Notes under the pieces: generated by a model
What the model was told of the DNA's origin: nothing
The model's input: the letters and a program-made list of their open reading frames with translations, nothing else
Database searches by the model: none
Shown: positions 26,619 to 34,943 of the stretch, piece after piece
How the letters are laid out: every line of letters begins with the position of its first letter
How positions within the stretch are numbered: position 1 is the stretch's first letter
Made by a program: the position numbers and the translations under genes
DNA from: a virus
Lineage: Duplodnaviria > Caudoviricetes
Length of the DNA: 64,000 bases
Reading direction: 5' to 3' (one strand)
IMG/VR virus record: IMGVR_UViG_3300032327_000792

Positions 26619-27340
26619 TACTTGCTTTGTGCTGGAAGAATATAGTTATAAGTTGCCATGCCTGAATCTACAGTGATCATTGCTGCACCATCATCGCTGA
26701 TCTTGACCACTTTGTCGCCTGTTAGATCCATAATGCTGATAAAAGTTTTAATTGGCCATGCCCATGAACGTTTTAATTGTCCTGTAACATCCGGCTGGAA
26801 CACAAAGTTACCTGCGTGTGTTGAATGATCGCCAAAGAAGAACTTTAGGTTGCCATCTTCTGTTTTGGCTTGAAAGTTTACTTCTTCTGCGTTGGCACTG
26901 GCCTGCATTTTTAGTCGCTGAATACTGGCCACCGTTGGTTCAAACTCAATATGCCAGTTTACACCTTTGAACTTGACTGTTTTGAGTTTTTCGTTAACAA
27001 TTTCTGATGCCATAAAACGATAGTTGTTTTTAAAGTCACCAGTGGCATTTTCAAAGTTGATGCCATCTGGCGCACCAGTATCCTTGCGTGTCACTGATAA
27101 CTTGGCATTTTCTTTGTACTCTTGAATGTTCAACAAGATGTTTAGTTTGGTCAAGTTTGGCATACCGAATGTGCCCACAAACTCTGCCACTGGTGCTGAA
27201 TATTTGCCTTCCACTACCACGCTACGATCTTCGGCCATGCCTGCAATCAATGTCTCGTTGGCATCGCCTGTGATTTTCACTAGGTCAATGCAACCCAATT
27301 TCAATGTGTGTTCTACTAAGTCTAATAAATGATCTCTCAT
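26618..27340 (-). CDS. DNA polymerase sliding clamp (gp45/PCNA-like)
   Basis: 240 aa with a beta-rich pattern; C-terminus MITVDSGMATYNYILP; lies between polB and dpdA. Confidence 0.65.
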   Translation of the reverse strand: MRDHLLDLVEHTLKLGCIDLVKITGDANETLIAGMAEDRSVVVEGKYSAPVAEFVGTFGMPNLTKLNILLNIQEYKENAKLSVTRKDTGAPDGINFENATGDFKNNYRFMASEIVNEKLKTVKFKGVNWHIEFEPTVASIQRLKMQASANAEEVNFQAKTEDGNLKFFFGDHSTHAGNFVFQPDVTGQLKRSWAWPIKTFISIMDLTGDKVVKISDDGAAMITVDSGMATYNYILPAQSK

Positions 27341-27361
27341 GTGTTTCTCCTATTGTGTTTA

Positions 27362-27390
27362 AGTATAACTGGTTTATTTAGATTCTGCAA
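27362..27390 (-). promoter_or_regulatory. sigma70 promoter with embedded CTAAATA upstream of the clamp gene
   Basis: TTGCAG-N17-TATACT. Confidence 0.6.
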
Positions 27391-28330
27391 CTGATTTGTG
27401 AATAATTTTTGCCAAAGTTTGACCACCGCGTAGACTGGACAGTTCGCCAGGTTTGCGTATTTCTAAAAAGGTACTGGGTCCATTATTGTGCCACGTATGC
27501 AATCTGTCAAATCCAATGTGCTCGGTCAAATCAGTGATCAATCTTCCGGGGGTATAACACGCAAAATGTTTCTCTGCCAATAGTACTCCGGGCACTCGAC
27601 TGCAATCATTGTAGGTCATAATTAAAACACCACCGGGTTTTAATTTTTGATAGATTTCGTTGAGATATTTACGAACATATTCTAAAGGGCGGAAATTAAA
27701 AAAGTTGTAAACCAGACACAGTCCAAATTGGTTATTGGGGATCTTTTCTAATATTTCAGAATCCAGAGTTTCTTGTATAACAATGTTTCTTAATCTGGCT
27801 TGATACTCGTCGGAAAAATTATTGATTGACGAAACTTTGCCTAATAAATCAGGACTGGTGTCAATCAAATATAATGGGTCAAATCCAACCATTTCGCTTG
27901 CCAACGTCTCGAGACCAGGGCGAATAATCATTCCTGGATATTTCCAATCACAATACATCCTTAATCGAGAACGCAATATTGTTTCTGGAGTAATTTGGGG
28001 TCGTCGATTAAGGATGTAATCGTGGTGTTCGCTCCTCATCTCATTTTCGAACAACCTGTAACTTTCCTGCAACCAGTACTTTTCTTGAATTTCAATTTGT
28101 TGCTGTACCTGTAGGCTTAACTGATCAACTGTGTCGGAAAGTTTTTTAAATTCTTGATTTATTATATTGTTATGTTGACACAGTTGTTGTTGAAACGTAC
28201 CCATTTGTTCTGGTTGTGAATCCACTAAGTGTGCAATTTTTTTTATGGCAAGATCGGCGGGAACTTGAATTGAGTCCACAGACACTTGATCTAACGCAGA
28301 TTTATACGCAACAAGATCACTAAGTTTCAT
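27374..28330 (-). CDS. Coiled-coil plus class I SAM-dependent methyltransferase-like protein
   Basis: LYLID, IYQKLKPGGVLIMTY methyltransferase C-terminal motifs; motif I is degenerate. Confidence 0.55.
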   Translation of the reverse strand: MKLSDLVAYKSALDQVSVDSIQVPADLAIKKIAHLVDSQPEQMGTFQQQLCQHNNIINQEFKKLSDTVDQLSLQVQQQIEIQEKYWLQESYRLFENEMRSEHHDYILNRRPQITPETILRSRLRMYCDWKYPGMIIRPGLETLASEMVGFDPLYLIDTSPDLLGKVSSINNFSDEYQARLRNIVIQETLDSEILEKIPNNQFGLCLVYNFFNFRPLEYVRKYLNEIYQKLKPGGVLIMTYNDCSRVPGVLLAEKHFACYTPGRLITDLTEHIGFDRLHTWHNNGPSTFLEIRKPGELSSLRGGQTLAKIIHKSVAESK

Positions 28331-28331
28331 A

Positions 28332-30989
28332 TCACCACTCGAACAAAGTTTGGAAGGTGTTGTCTGTGTTGGTAGCCGACGCTAAATCCCAATCCAGTAC
28401 ACCCAATAAGTTGTCAACCTTGCCGTCAATCACAGTGGCTTCCATCTCAGCATCGTCGAACGGTAGTTCTTTGAACCATGCCGGCAGGTGTAACTCATCT
28501 GTGGGGTATCCGATTGAAGTCCACCCAAGTGCATTTGATTTCAACTTACACACAATGGTTTTCATACCATCCACAATCTGCAATGAATAATTATCGCTGT
28601 TCATTCTGCGCAAGTTATTCCAGTTAAGTGCAGCACGAACGTGTCCGGGCATATTGGTCTTGCCTTCACGTTCTTCTTTCTTGCCATACATGGTCAAGTT
28701 GTTCACACGTTTAGGACTACCTTTTTCCCAGCCCGGTCGTTCTTTGAACAAGTATTTAAACTCTCGAATCTTTTCCACCACTTGTTCTTTGCCAGCACCT
28801 GTTAGAACACTGTGCAAAACATCACTCAAGAAGTTTTGAATAACCACTGGAGTATCCGATCGTTTTAGATCTAGCCCCATGGCTTTTACTTTGCCGGGCT
28901 TGCCGTCGGTATCTAGACGTCGACCTTCTTTGTCTATGATCATCACAGCATAGCGTTTCTTGGTAATAAACAAACCTTTGGAAGCTACGACTTCTCGACC
29001 ACCCATGATTACTTCGCCCATTTCTCTTGGACAATGAAATGCCTGTTCCATAAAGCCTGGAAAACTTTGGTTAACTTGATCAGCAATTGAATCATACAAC
29101 GCAATGCAGGTTTCTTTGGACCACTCCAGTCGGCCTTCTTCTACTTCTTTTTTCAACACTGGCCAAGCTGAAAAGTAGCAAGAGTCTGTGTCACCGTAGA
29201 TAATAGTTTCGCCTGTGTGATCGTATTTGCCTGTGACGCATTCATTTACATAAGCATCCATGTGCTTGGCAATGGCACGTCCAGTAAGTGTTGTTGATTG
29301 TCCAATACGCTTGTCAAAAAACCTGCAACCAGGATTAAGAATAGCGCCATACAAACTGTTAAGATTGATCTTTTTAACCAACTGTCTTTTGTCCCAGTAT
29401 TCTTCATCTTCTTTGTTCTCACATAGTTTTAATCGGGCCTGCATGTCTTTACGTTCGGCATACCAACGCTTTAACAAACCAGGAATGATACCTTCTTTCT
29501 CAAAGGTAAAGATAGTGCCATTGGCCGAAATGATCCAGGGCTGGTTTGAGTCAAACACAATCTTCCACACTTCGGCGGCACTGTGTACCGACTCGTCACC
29601 ATCTTGCCAGTCGATAGTAATCTCTGTGCCACGTTGTTGATCCATCACAGCAGTATATTCTAGACTGGCAAACAAACCTTCCCAGGCTGCTGCAAAACTG
29701 GCACCTCCACGCATTTTGTCGGAGATGTAACGATCAGTCATTGTGGGTCTGAGTTGACCAACAATTGTTTCTGGCCCCATGTTGAGAGCACGGATTGCCG
29801 ACGGATACAGTGAGTTGATGTCAATTGATCCAATGTATTCGTGGATACCTTTTTTAGGGTAAGCAACGTAGGCACCTGCAGCCTGAGTATCTTCATCGGT
29901 AAGTCTTTCTTTGCGATTAGGTACAACCATACCACGTTCGTGTGCTTCATTGATAATGGCTTGTTCTGTTACGGCCACAGCTCCCATTGTTGTTTGTAGC
30001 AACACAGTGTTTTCATGTGCTAGAGTATTGGCCAGATCCAAAAACTTCAGCTTGGCATCCAGCTTGGCCAACAACAAGGTATCTTGTCTGTTGTACTCAA
30101 TAAACGTTTTGAAGTTTTGATTGTACAACTGATCTAGTGTGCCTTCGAATGCTGTTTTTCGTTCGTCTAGTTCATATTCGCCGATGGCATCCAAACTGTA
30201 ACTGTGGCGTTCTTCGTATGTGTACTTGCGATACAGTTGCATATAGTCCATATGCACACGACCAATCAAGTCATAAGTTTCTTGTTCAGCACCAAAGCGT
30301 TCAAACACACGCTTTTTGGGATACTGATTCCACAGGCACATTCTACGAGTGTCGTCCTTGCTTAGAACTCTAGTGATACGATTGATAGTGTAAGGTATAT
30401 CAAAGCCTTCTGAGTTCCACCCTGAAAGGGCATCAGCATCCTCGATTAGGTCCAAAAATACTTTAAGCATGTCTGCTTCGTTGTCAAACAACATAGTGTT
30501 GGAGAACTCTCCGGTAATTTCTTCAGCAGTGGTCCGACTCATGTGCTTGGGAGGAATGACTAGAGTGACCATTTGTTCCAACCAGCCCAAGTACACTGAG
30601 ATAGCAGTAATTGGATTGAATGGATCATCGGGCCGACTAAAACCACGTTCTGGATCAAAGTCTACTTCAATATCAAAAAATGCTGTGTGTAATTTTGGAC
30701 CGTCTTGTCCTTTGTAGTTTTCTTCTAGGCAACGAAAGATAGGGTTAATATCAGACTCATACAATTGCGTGCCTGACTGGATACGCATCTCTTTTCGAAA
30801 CTCTTTGTTGTTGCGTGTTGAGAATCGACTCACAGGTGTTCCATAGATTGATTGGAACTTGCCTCGGGGGTCGTCATAATAGAAAATGTAGTTGGCCGGA
30901 TATTCGCGATACTCTCTGCGTCCATCCCGGCGCTCAACTACATGTATGCGATCGTGTTCACGATCAAATAGTGCATCAATATAACTCAT
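28332..30989 (-). CDS. Family B DNA polymerase (gp43-like)
   Basis: FDIEVD, GWNSEGFD and YNRQD exonuclease motifs; DINSLYPS, KINLNSLYG, YGDTDS and KKRY polymerase motifs. Confidence 0.97.
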   Translation of the reverse strand: MSYIDALFDREHDRIHVVERRDGRREYREYPANYIFYYDDPRGKFQSIYGTPVSRFSTRNNKEFRKEMRIQSGTQLYESDINPIFRCLEENYKGQDGPKLHTAFFDIEVDFDPERGFSRPDDPFNPITAISVYLGWLEQMVTLVIPPKHMSRTTAEEITGEFSNTMLFDNEADMLKVFLDLIEDADALSGWNSEGFDIPYTINRITRVLSKDDTRRMCLWNQYPKKRVFERFGAEQETYDLIGRVHMDYMQLYRKYTYEERHSYSLDAIGEYELDERKTAFEGTLDQLYNQNFKTFIEYNRQDTLLLAKLDAKLKFLDLANTLAHENTVLLQTTMGAVAVTEQAIINEAHERGMVVPNRKERLTDEDTQAAGAYVAYPKKGIHEYIGSIDINSLYPSAIRALNMGPETIVGQLRPTMTDRYISDKMRGGASFAAAWEGLFASLEYTAVMDQQRGTEITIDWQDGDESVHSAAEVWKIVFDSNQPWIISANGTIFTFEKEGIIPGLLKRWYAERKDMQARLKLCENKEDEEYWDKRQLVKKINLNSLYGAILNPGCRFFDKRIGQSTTLTGRAIAKHMDAYVNECVTGKYDHTGETIIYGDTDSCYFSAWPVLKKEVEEGRLEWSKETCIALYDSIADQVNQSFPGFMEQAFHCPREMGEVIMGGREVVASKGLFITKKRYAVMIIDKEGRRLDTDGKPGKVKAMGLDLKRSDTPVVIQNFLSDVLHSVLTGAGKEQVVEKIREFKYLFKERPGWEKGSPKRVNNLTMYGKKEEREGKTNMPGHVRAALNWNNLRRMNSDNYSLQIVDGMKTIVCKLKSNALGWTSIGYPTDELHLPAWFKELPFDDAEMEATVIDGKVDNLLGVLDWDLASATNTDNTFQTLFEW

Positions 30990-31062
30990 CTATCTCCAAT
31001 TATGGCTGGTTGGCCGTGATTCATGTTCGTAACGTGAACGACTCGCTGTTGTAAAACAGTAC

Positions 31063-31323
31063 TTATAGTGTCTTGCCGGTCATGGTCAAAATTTGCTCAA
31101 GCAATTCATAATCTGATTGTTCCTGTCCAAATCCGGCCTTGTGCGCAAGTTTGACTGCTTTCTTGAGAATACCGGGTTTGATTTCCATTTCTTCGGCTAC
31201 TGCTTTGATTGTGTCGTTCAATCCACCTGACAGTGTTTCAATTTCGTGCATGACTTGGCTACCTTCATTGAGAATCTGAGTCAATTTCATAGTCTGTTCT
31301 GCTGTAAATACGCGATTACTCAT
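31063..31323 (-). CDS. T4 DsbA/GapR-like dsDNA-binding protein
   Basis: 86-aa helical protein; IKAVAEEMEIKPGILKKAVKLAHK pattern. Confidence 0.55.
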   Translation of the reverse strand: MSNRVFTAEQTMKLTQILNEGSQVMHEIETLSGGLNDTIKAVAEEMEIKPGILKKAVKLAHKAGFGQEQSDYELLEQILTMTGKTL

Positions 31324-32065
31324 TTTTAATTTCCTTTGTAGTTAATAACTTCTTTTTTGCTTCTCTTAATTTTGCTGCTGCTGATTTTTTTGCTTTTGTT
31401 TCTTCTGAATCTCTTTTACCCATACTGCTTTCGGATATTTTCTTTCTCAATTCTGGATTGCTTGCTCTTATTATAGCAGCTTTCTTATAGTTTTGTCTAG
31501 CAATTTCTGAATGTTTTTTACCTTTAGTATTAGATGGTTTTCCAATCTTTGCTTTGGATAAGTTACGACTATGCTCCGGGCTAGGAGATTTACCAAACAT
31601 AGGATTTTTTTGTCCTTTTTTTGAAGCTGACATTTTTTTCTTAGTTTCTTCTGTATGAGGTTTTCTACCGGTTGTCTTTCGTTGTTCTCGCATCCGTTGT
31701 GCTTGTTCAACTCCATAAATTTCCTCCCATGTTTTTCCTTTTTTAGCAAGAGACCATTTTGCTTTAGTTTTATCTGTGTGGATCGTTCCACTGGCACCCT
31801 CACCACCATTAGCTAAATTACACAAACATCCTGTTCCGTCTGATAATTTGCCATATTGAGATATAAGGCTTATTTCTAAATCCCATGCCTCTTGTTCTGT
31901 TAGATTTTCTGCAAGTCTTTTAGATATAAACCCATGCTTAGAAACTATATTTTTCCAAAACGGATTTCTTTTATTGGATAACTCTCTCTTTGATTTTCCT
32001 TTACCGATATAAAATGGATCTCCGGTAGGATCGTCAGCTTTGTAATGTGCATAAACGTAGAACAT
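31316..32065 (-). mobile_element. GIY-YIG homing endonuclease with NUMOD3 repeats
   Basis: YVYAH...FYIGKG...R...E; HTDKTKAKWS, HTEETKKKMS and HSEIAR repeats; AT-rich. Confidence 0.9.
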
Positions 32066-32119
32066 AAACACCTCTTAGTATGTGTTTATTTAGCTTATTG
32101 ATGTAAAAATCAAATAAAA

Positions 32120-32196
32120 ATCCCCTGTTAATAACAACTTAGGTAGCGAATCTTAGTTGTTAAGGCTCGGGGAACAGCCATTCGGTCCTAAGGCCA
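32120..32196 (-). ncRNA. Candidate structured RNA (hairpins plus possible pseudoknot)
   Basis: GGCT/AGCC stem with a TCCCC loop complementary to downstream GGGGA; inner 11-bp stem TAACAACTAAG/CTAAGTTGTTA. Confidence 0.45.
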
Positions 32197-32211
32197 AATT
32201 CTATAATTCTT

Positions 32212-32352
32212 TTAGACTTCGCTGTAGGGATTTTGAGGCAGGTCGTATTCGGTTGGCTCTGGCACAACAGGATAGCGATCTTGCGATGCTGACTCTGGAT
32301 CATTCCATACATTACGATTGTTTATGATTTGTTGACGTTGTTGATCAGTCAT
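32212..32352 (-). CDS. Hypothetical protein (46 aa)
   Basis: Hand-translated MTDQQRQQIINNR...PQNPYSEV. Confidence 0.55.
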   Translation of the reverse strand: MTDQQRQQIINNRNVWNDPESASQDRYPVVPEPTEYDLPQNPYSEV

Positions 32353-32353
32353 G

Positions 32354-32986
32354 TTATTTTCCAGCCTTTGCTAGGGCTGCTCCTTTGTTGAAACTGGGCG
32401 ACCATGGACTCATTCCATCTACTCCGCCACGTGCTCTTGACCAGTTGTATCCGGCTCTGTGTCCAGAACAATCCTTGGTACATTCACTGCCCAAAAAACT
32501 CAACTCGTCCAACTGATCCTTGAGAAAGGTATCAGCAAATGCCTTGCATAACTCTCGAATCTTGGTGTTGCGTGTATATTGTGTGTGAAACTGTTTGCCT
32601 TCAAATGTCTGAGCAGGATCTTTATAACCGCAATAAACTTTGTGTATACCGTGCTGTTCAATCAGATCCTGACAACTTTTGCCTTCACGTTCGGCCATGA
32701 ACTCGTTGCAAGGACTCAGTGTGGTTATCACAATACTGCCCTCTGGTACGGGTCCAAACCTGGCAGTGTAGTTGTCAATTGCTGCACGTTCGGCATGTGT
32801 TCGACGACCGTCTTGCGCAGGACGATTGATACCCACTACACAGTTGTTGTTGGGATCCAACACTGCAGCGCCAACCATGCCCAAGTTTTGATTTCCGTAC
32901 TGTCCTTGAATCACCAGTTCACACAGTTTTGTCAAGATTGAATCTAACTTATCATGATTGTGAATTTGGAAGTCGGAGATCCTCAT
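32354..32986 (-). CDS. Zn-dependent cytidine/adenosine deaminase-fold protein with C-terminal Cys module
   Basis: VGAAV, THAERAA, TLSPC-x11-C; tail CTKDCSGHRAGYNW. Confidence 0.8.
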   Translation of the reverse strand: MRISDFQIHNHDKLDSILTKLCELVIQGQYGNQNLGMVGAAVLDPNNNCVVGINRPAQDGRRTHAERAAIDNYTARFGPVPEGSIVITTLSPCNEFMAEREGKSCQDLIEQHGIHKVYCGYKDPAQTFEGKQFHTQYTRNTKIRELCKAFADTFLKDQLDELSFLGSECTKDCSGHRAGYNWSRARGGVDGMSPWSPSFNKGAALAKAGK

Positions 32987-33345
32987 TTTTGTTCACGTAC
33001 CTTGGTAGCAACATTCTTTGCCTTGCCCCTACGTTCAGGATTGGGATCTTGTCTACGTTTCTTGGCAGCACTGGCGGCACGACCTTTTTTGCCCAGAGCC
33101 TGTGCTTTTGATTGTGGCAAACATTTGGGTTTGCCTTCTTTGCTGGATCCTCTGGCACAGTCGCCACGAATCTTGCCATCAGGGCCAAAGCGTACCCACT
33201 TTTCTTTGAACCACTTGCGCAGATCTTCTTCTAGTTCCTCGTTGGTATTTTTCACACAGTTAGGATATCGTTTTCCAAACATGGTCTTCATACCCTCTTT
33301 GTGATAACCTTTCCAGCAGGCCTCAAGGATCTCGCGATATCTCAT
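32983..33345 (-). CDS. Putative internal head protein (basic modules)
   Basis: MRYREILE leader followed by two Lys/Cys-rich modules. Confidence 0.65.
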   Translation of the reverse strand: MRYREILEACWKGYHKEGMKTMFGKRYPNCVKNTNEELEEDLRKWFKEKWVRFGPDGKIRGDCARGSSKEGKPKCLPQSKAQALGKKGRAASAAKKRRQDPNPERRGKAKNVATKVREQK

Positions 33346-34943
33346 TTTTTTGCTTTGTTGCCCCAGTTGGCAGCACCTTTTTTACGACACTGAACCAAGG
33401 CACCTGATGCATAGGCTGACGGCCAAACTTTGTAGCGACTTTTTACTTTGTGATAGCAGGCATCTTGTTCTTCGCGTAATTTATCATCTAGATCCTGATA
33501 CCCATATCCACGTCCGGGAATTTTTATAGGGCTTGAACTTGCAACACTGGCTTTGTCGTTGTCACCATAGAGATCATCTTCAAGATTTTCAATACGGTTG
33601 CTGACTGTGCGTTGAAAACTTCTCAAATTAGGAACGCCTTTGAATTGAAAGCGATCCAGCTCTTGGTTGCGTTTGCTGATGGTCGCAGTTCTGGTAGTAG
33701 GATTGTATTCAACCACAAAACTCTGCATCACCATTTTGGCTGGAATTTCTTGTGTTTCTTTTACAGGAGCCTTTGTAGAACCATATTGTGATTTCATCAA
33801 CTCTTCACTTAATTCATCTTCAAATGGCAAATACCAGAACCAGTTTTGAAAACCGCCTGGATTGGTATCATAGTCCATGTGAGCACGATTTCTGGCGCCG
33901 GTCATCATGCGTTTGAGTTCTAATTCAGCACCATGCTCGATAGCAATGGCTTCCAAGGCATCATACAGTTGACCAGCAAGATAACTGTCACGATTGCGTT
34001 CAATTTTAGGTGCCAGTTCTTGATATTTTTCAGCCAACTCAGTGTATAGATCTTTGACAGCACCTTCTGCTACTGGTCGATTCAATAATTTTTCCAAACG
34101 ACTGATAGCACCTGGTACGTCTGTGCGACCTTGTTTGGCCGACTCTCGACGGCGAGCTTCAATTTCATTGTGTTTCTTTTCACGCTGTGCTGATGCTTTG
34201 TTCCAACGTTCTCGAGCTGTGTCTTGCTCATACATGCCCAAGCGTTGCAGACGACCTTGGTTGTCTAACGTGTAGCCCACATCAAACAACTGTTTAATTT
34301 TTTTCTGAGCCAATTTTTCATTGCCGGCGCGGCGAGCATCTTCGATTTCACCAGCAATAATTCTGGCATTACGGTCATTTTGATTTTCTTCGTGAAACAA
34401 GTGTGTGTCTGGTGTTATAGAGAGTCGTTCTTTTTGTTGAGTCCACGCTCGATTCTTCTTGGCCCATTCTGTTCGTGTCATACCATAGGCATCTTGAAAC
34501 TGTTTGTCTGTCATGGCATTGCGGCCGCGGCTGCGTAAAAAGTCTTGATATTCAATATCAATGTCCTTCATGCGACCTTCTTTGATTCTGATATCTTCAA
34601 AAGGAACATCGTCCATGTTATCTTTGCTGAACATGTCTAATTGATAGCCCACTGGTCCCTTATGAGTTCCATATGCACGGTTCATGTTCTTCTGTGTTTG
34701 AGCAGCACGACGTTGAACCTGTGTGTAAGGTGTGTGAGGCTTGCTGACTATTTGATAACCACTGCGTTTTAATTCTGAATAAGCACGGTCAAACCCTGTG
34801 CCACTGGTATTCCACTGTGGTAGATAATAACCACGATTGTCTTTTTTCAATCTATAGTGTTGCACTGTTTGCGGATCGGCACCAACCACATAGTGTTTGG
34901 TCAACAACACAAACTGGTCTTCAAATAAATCATTCAGTATCAT
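33342..34943 (-). CDS. Putative modular internal head protein
   Basis: MILNDLFE leader; Glu-punctuated modules. Confidence 0.65.
   Translation of the reverse strand: MILNDLFEDQFVLLTKHYVVGADPQTVQHYRLKKDNRGYYLPQWNTSGTGFDRAYSELKRSGYQIVSKPHTPYTQVQRRAAQTQKNMNRAYGTHKGPVGYQLDMFSKDNMDDVPFEDIRIKEGRMKDIDIEYQDFLRSRGRNAMTDKQFQDAYGMTRTEWAKKNRAWTQQKERLSITPDTHLFHEENQNDRNARIIAGEIEDARRAGNEKLAQKKIKQLFDVGYTLDNQGRLQRLGMYEQDTARERWNKASAQREKKHNEIEARRRESAKQGRTDVPGAISRLEKLLNRPVAEGAVKDLYTELAEKYQELAPKIERNRDSYLAGQLYDALEAIAIEHGAELELKRMMTGARNRAHMDYDTNPGGFQNWFWYLPFEDELSEELMKSQYGSTKAPVKETQEIPAKMVMQSFVVEYNPTTRTATISKRNQELDRFQFKGVPNLRSFQRTVSNRIENLEDDLYGDNDKASVASSSPIKIPGRGYGYQDLDDKLREEQDACYHKVKSRYKVWPSAYASGALVQCRKKGAANWGNKAKK

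Noticed and set aside
28332-30989. Intein or split in the DNA polymerase
   Set aside because: Length is normal, motifs are contiguous, and there is no C/S...HN intein signature.
31316-32200. Group I intron hosting the GIY-YIG gene
   Set aside because: No P7 (R/S) consensus found, and the flanking genes are intact.
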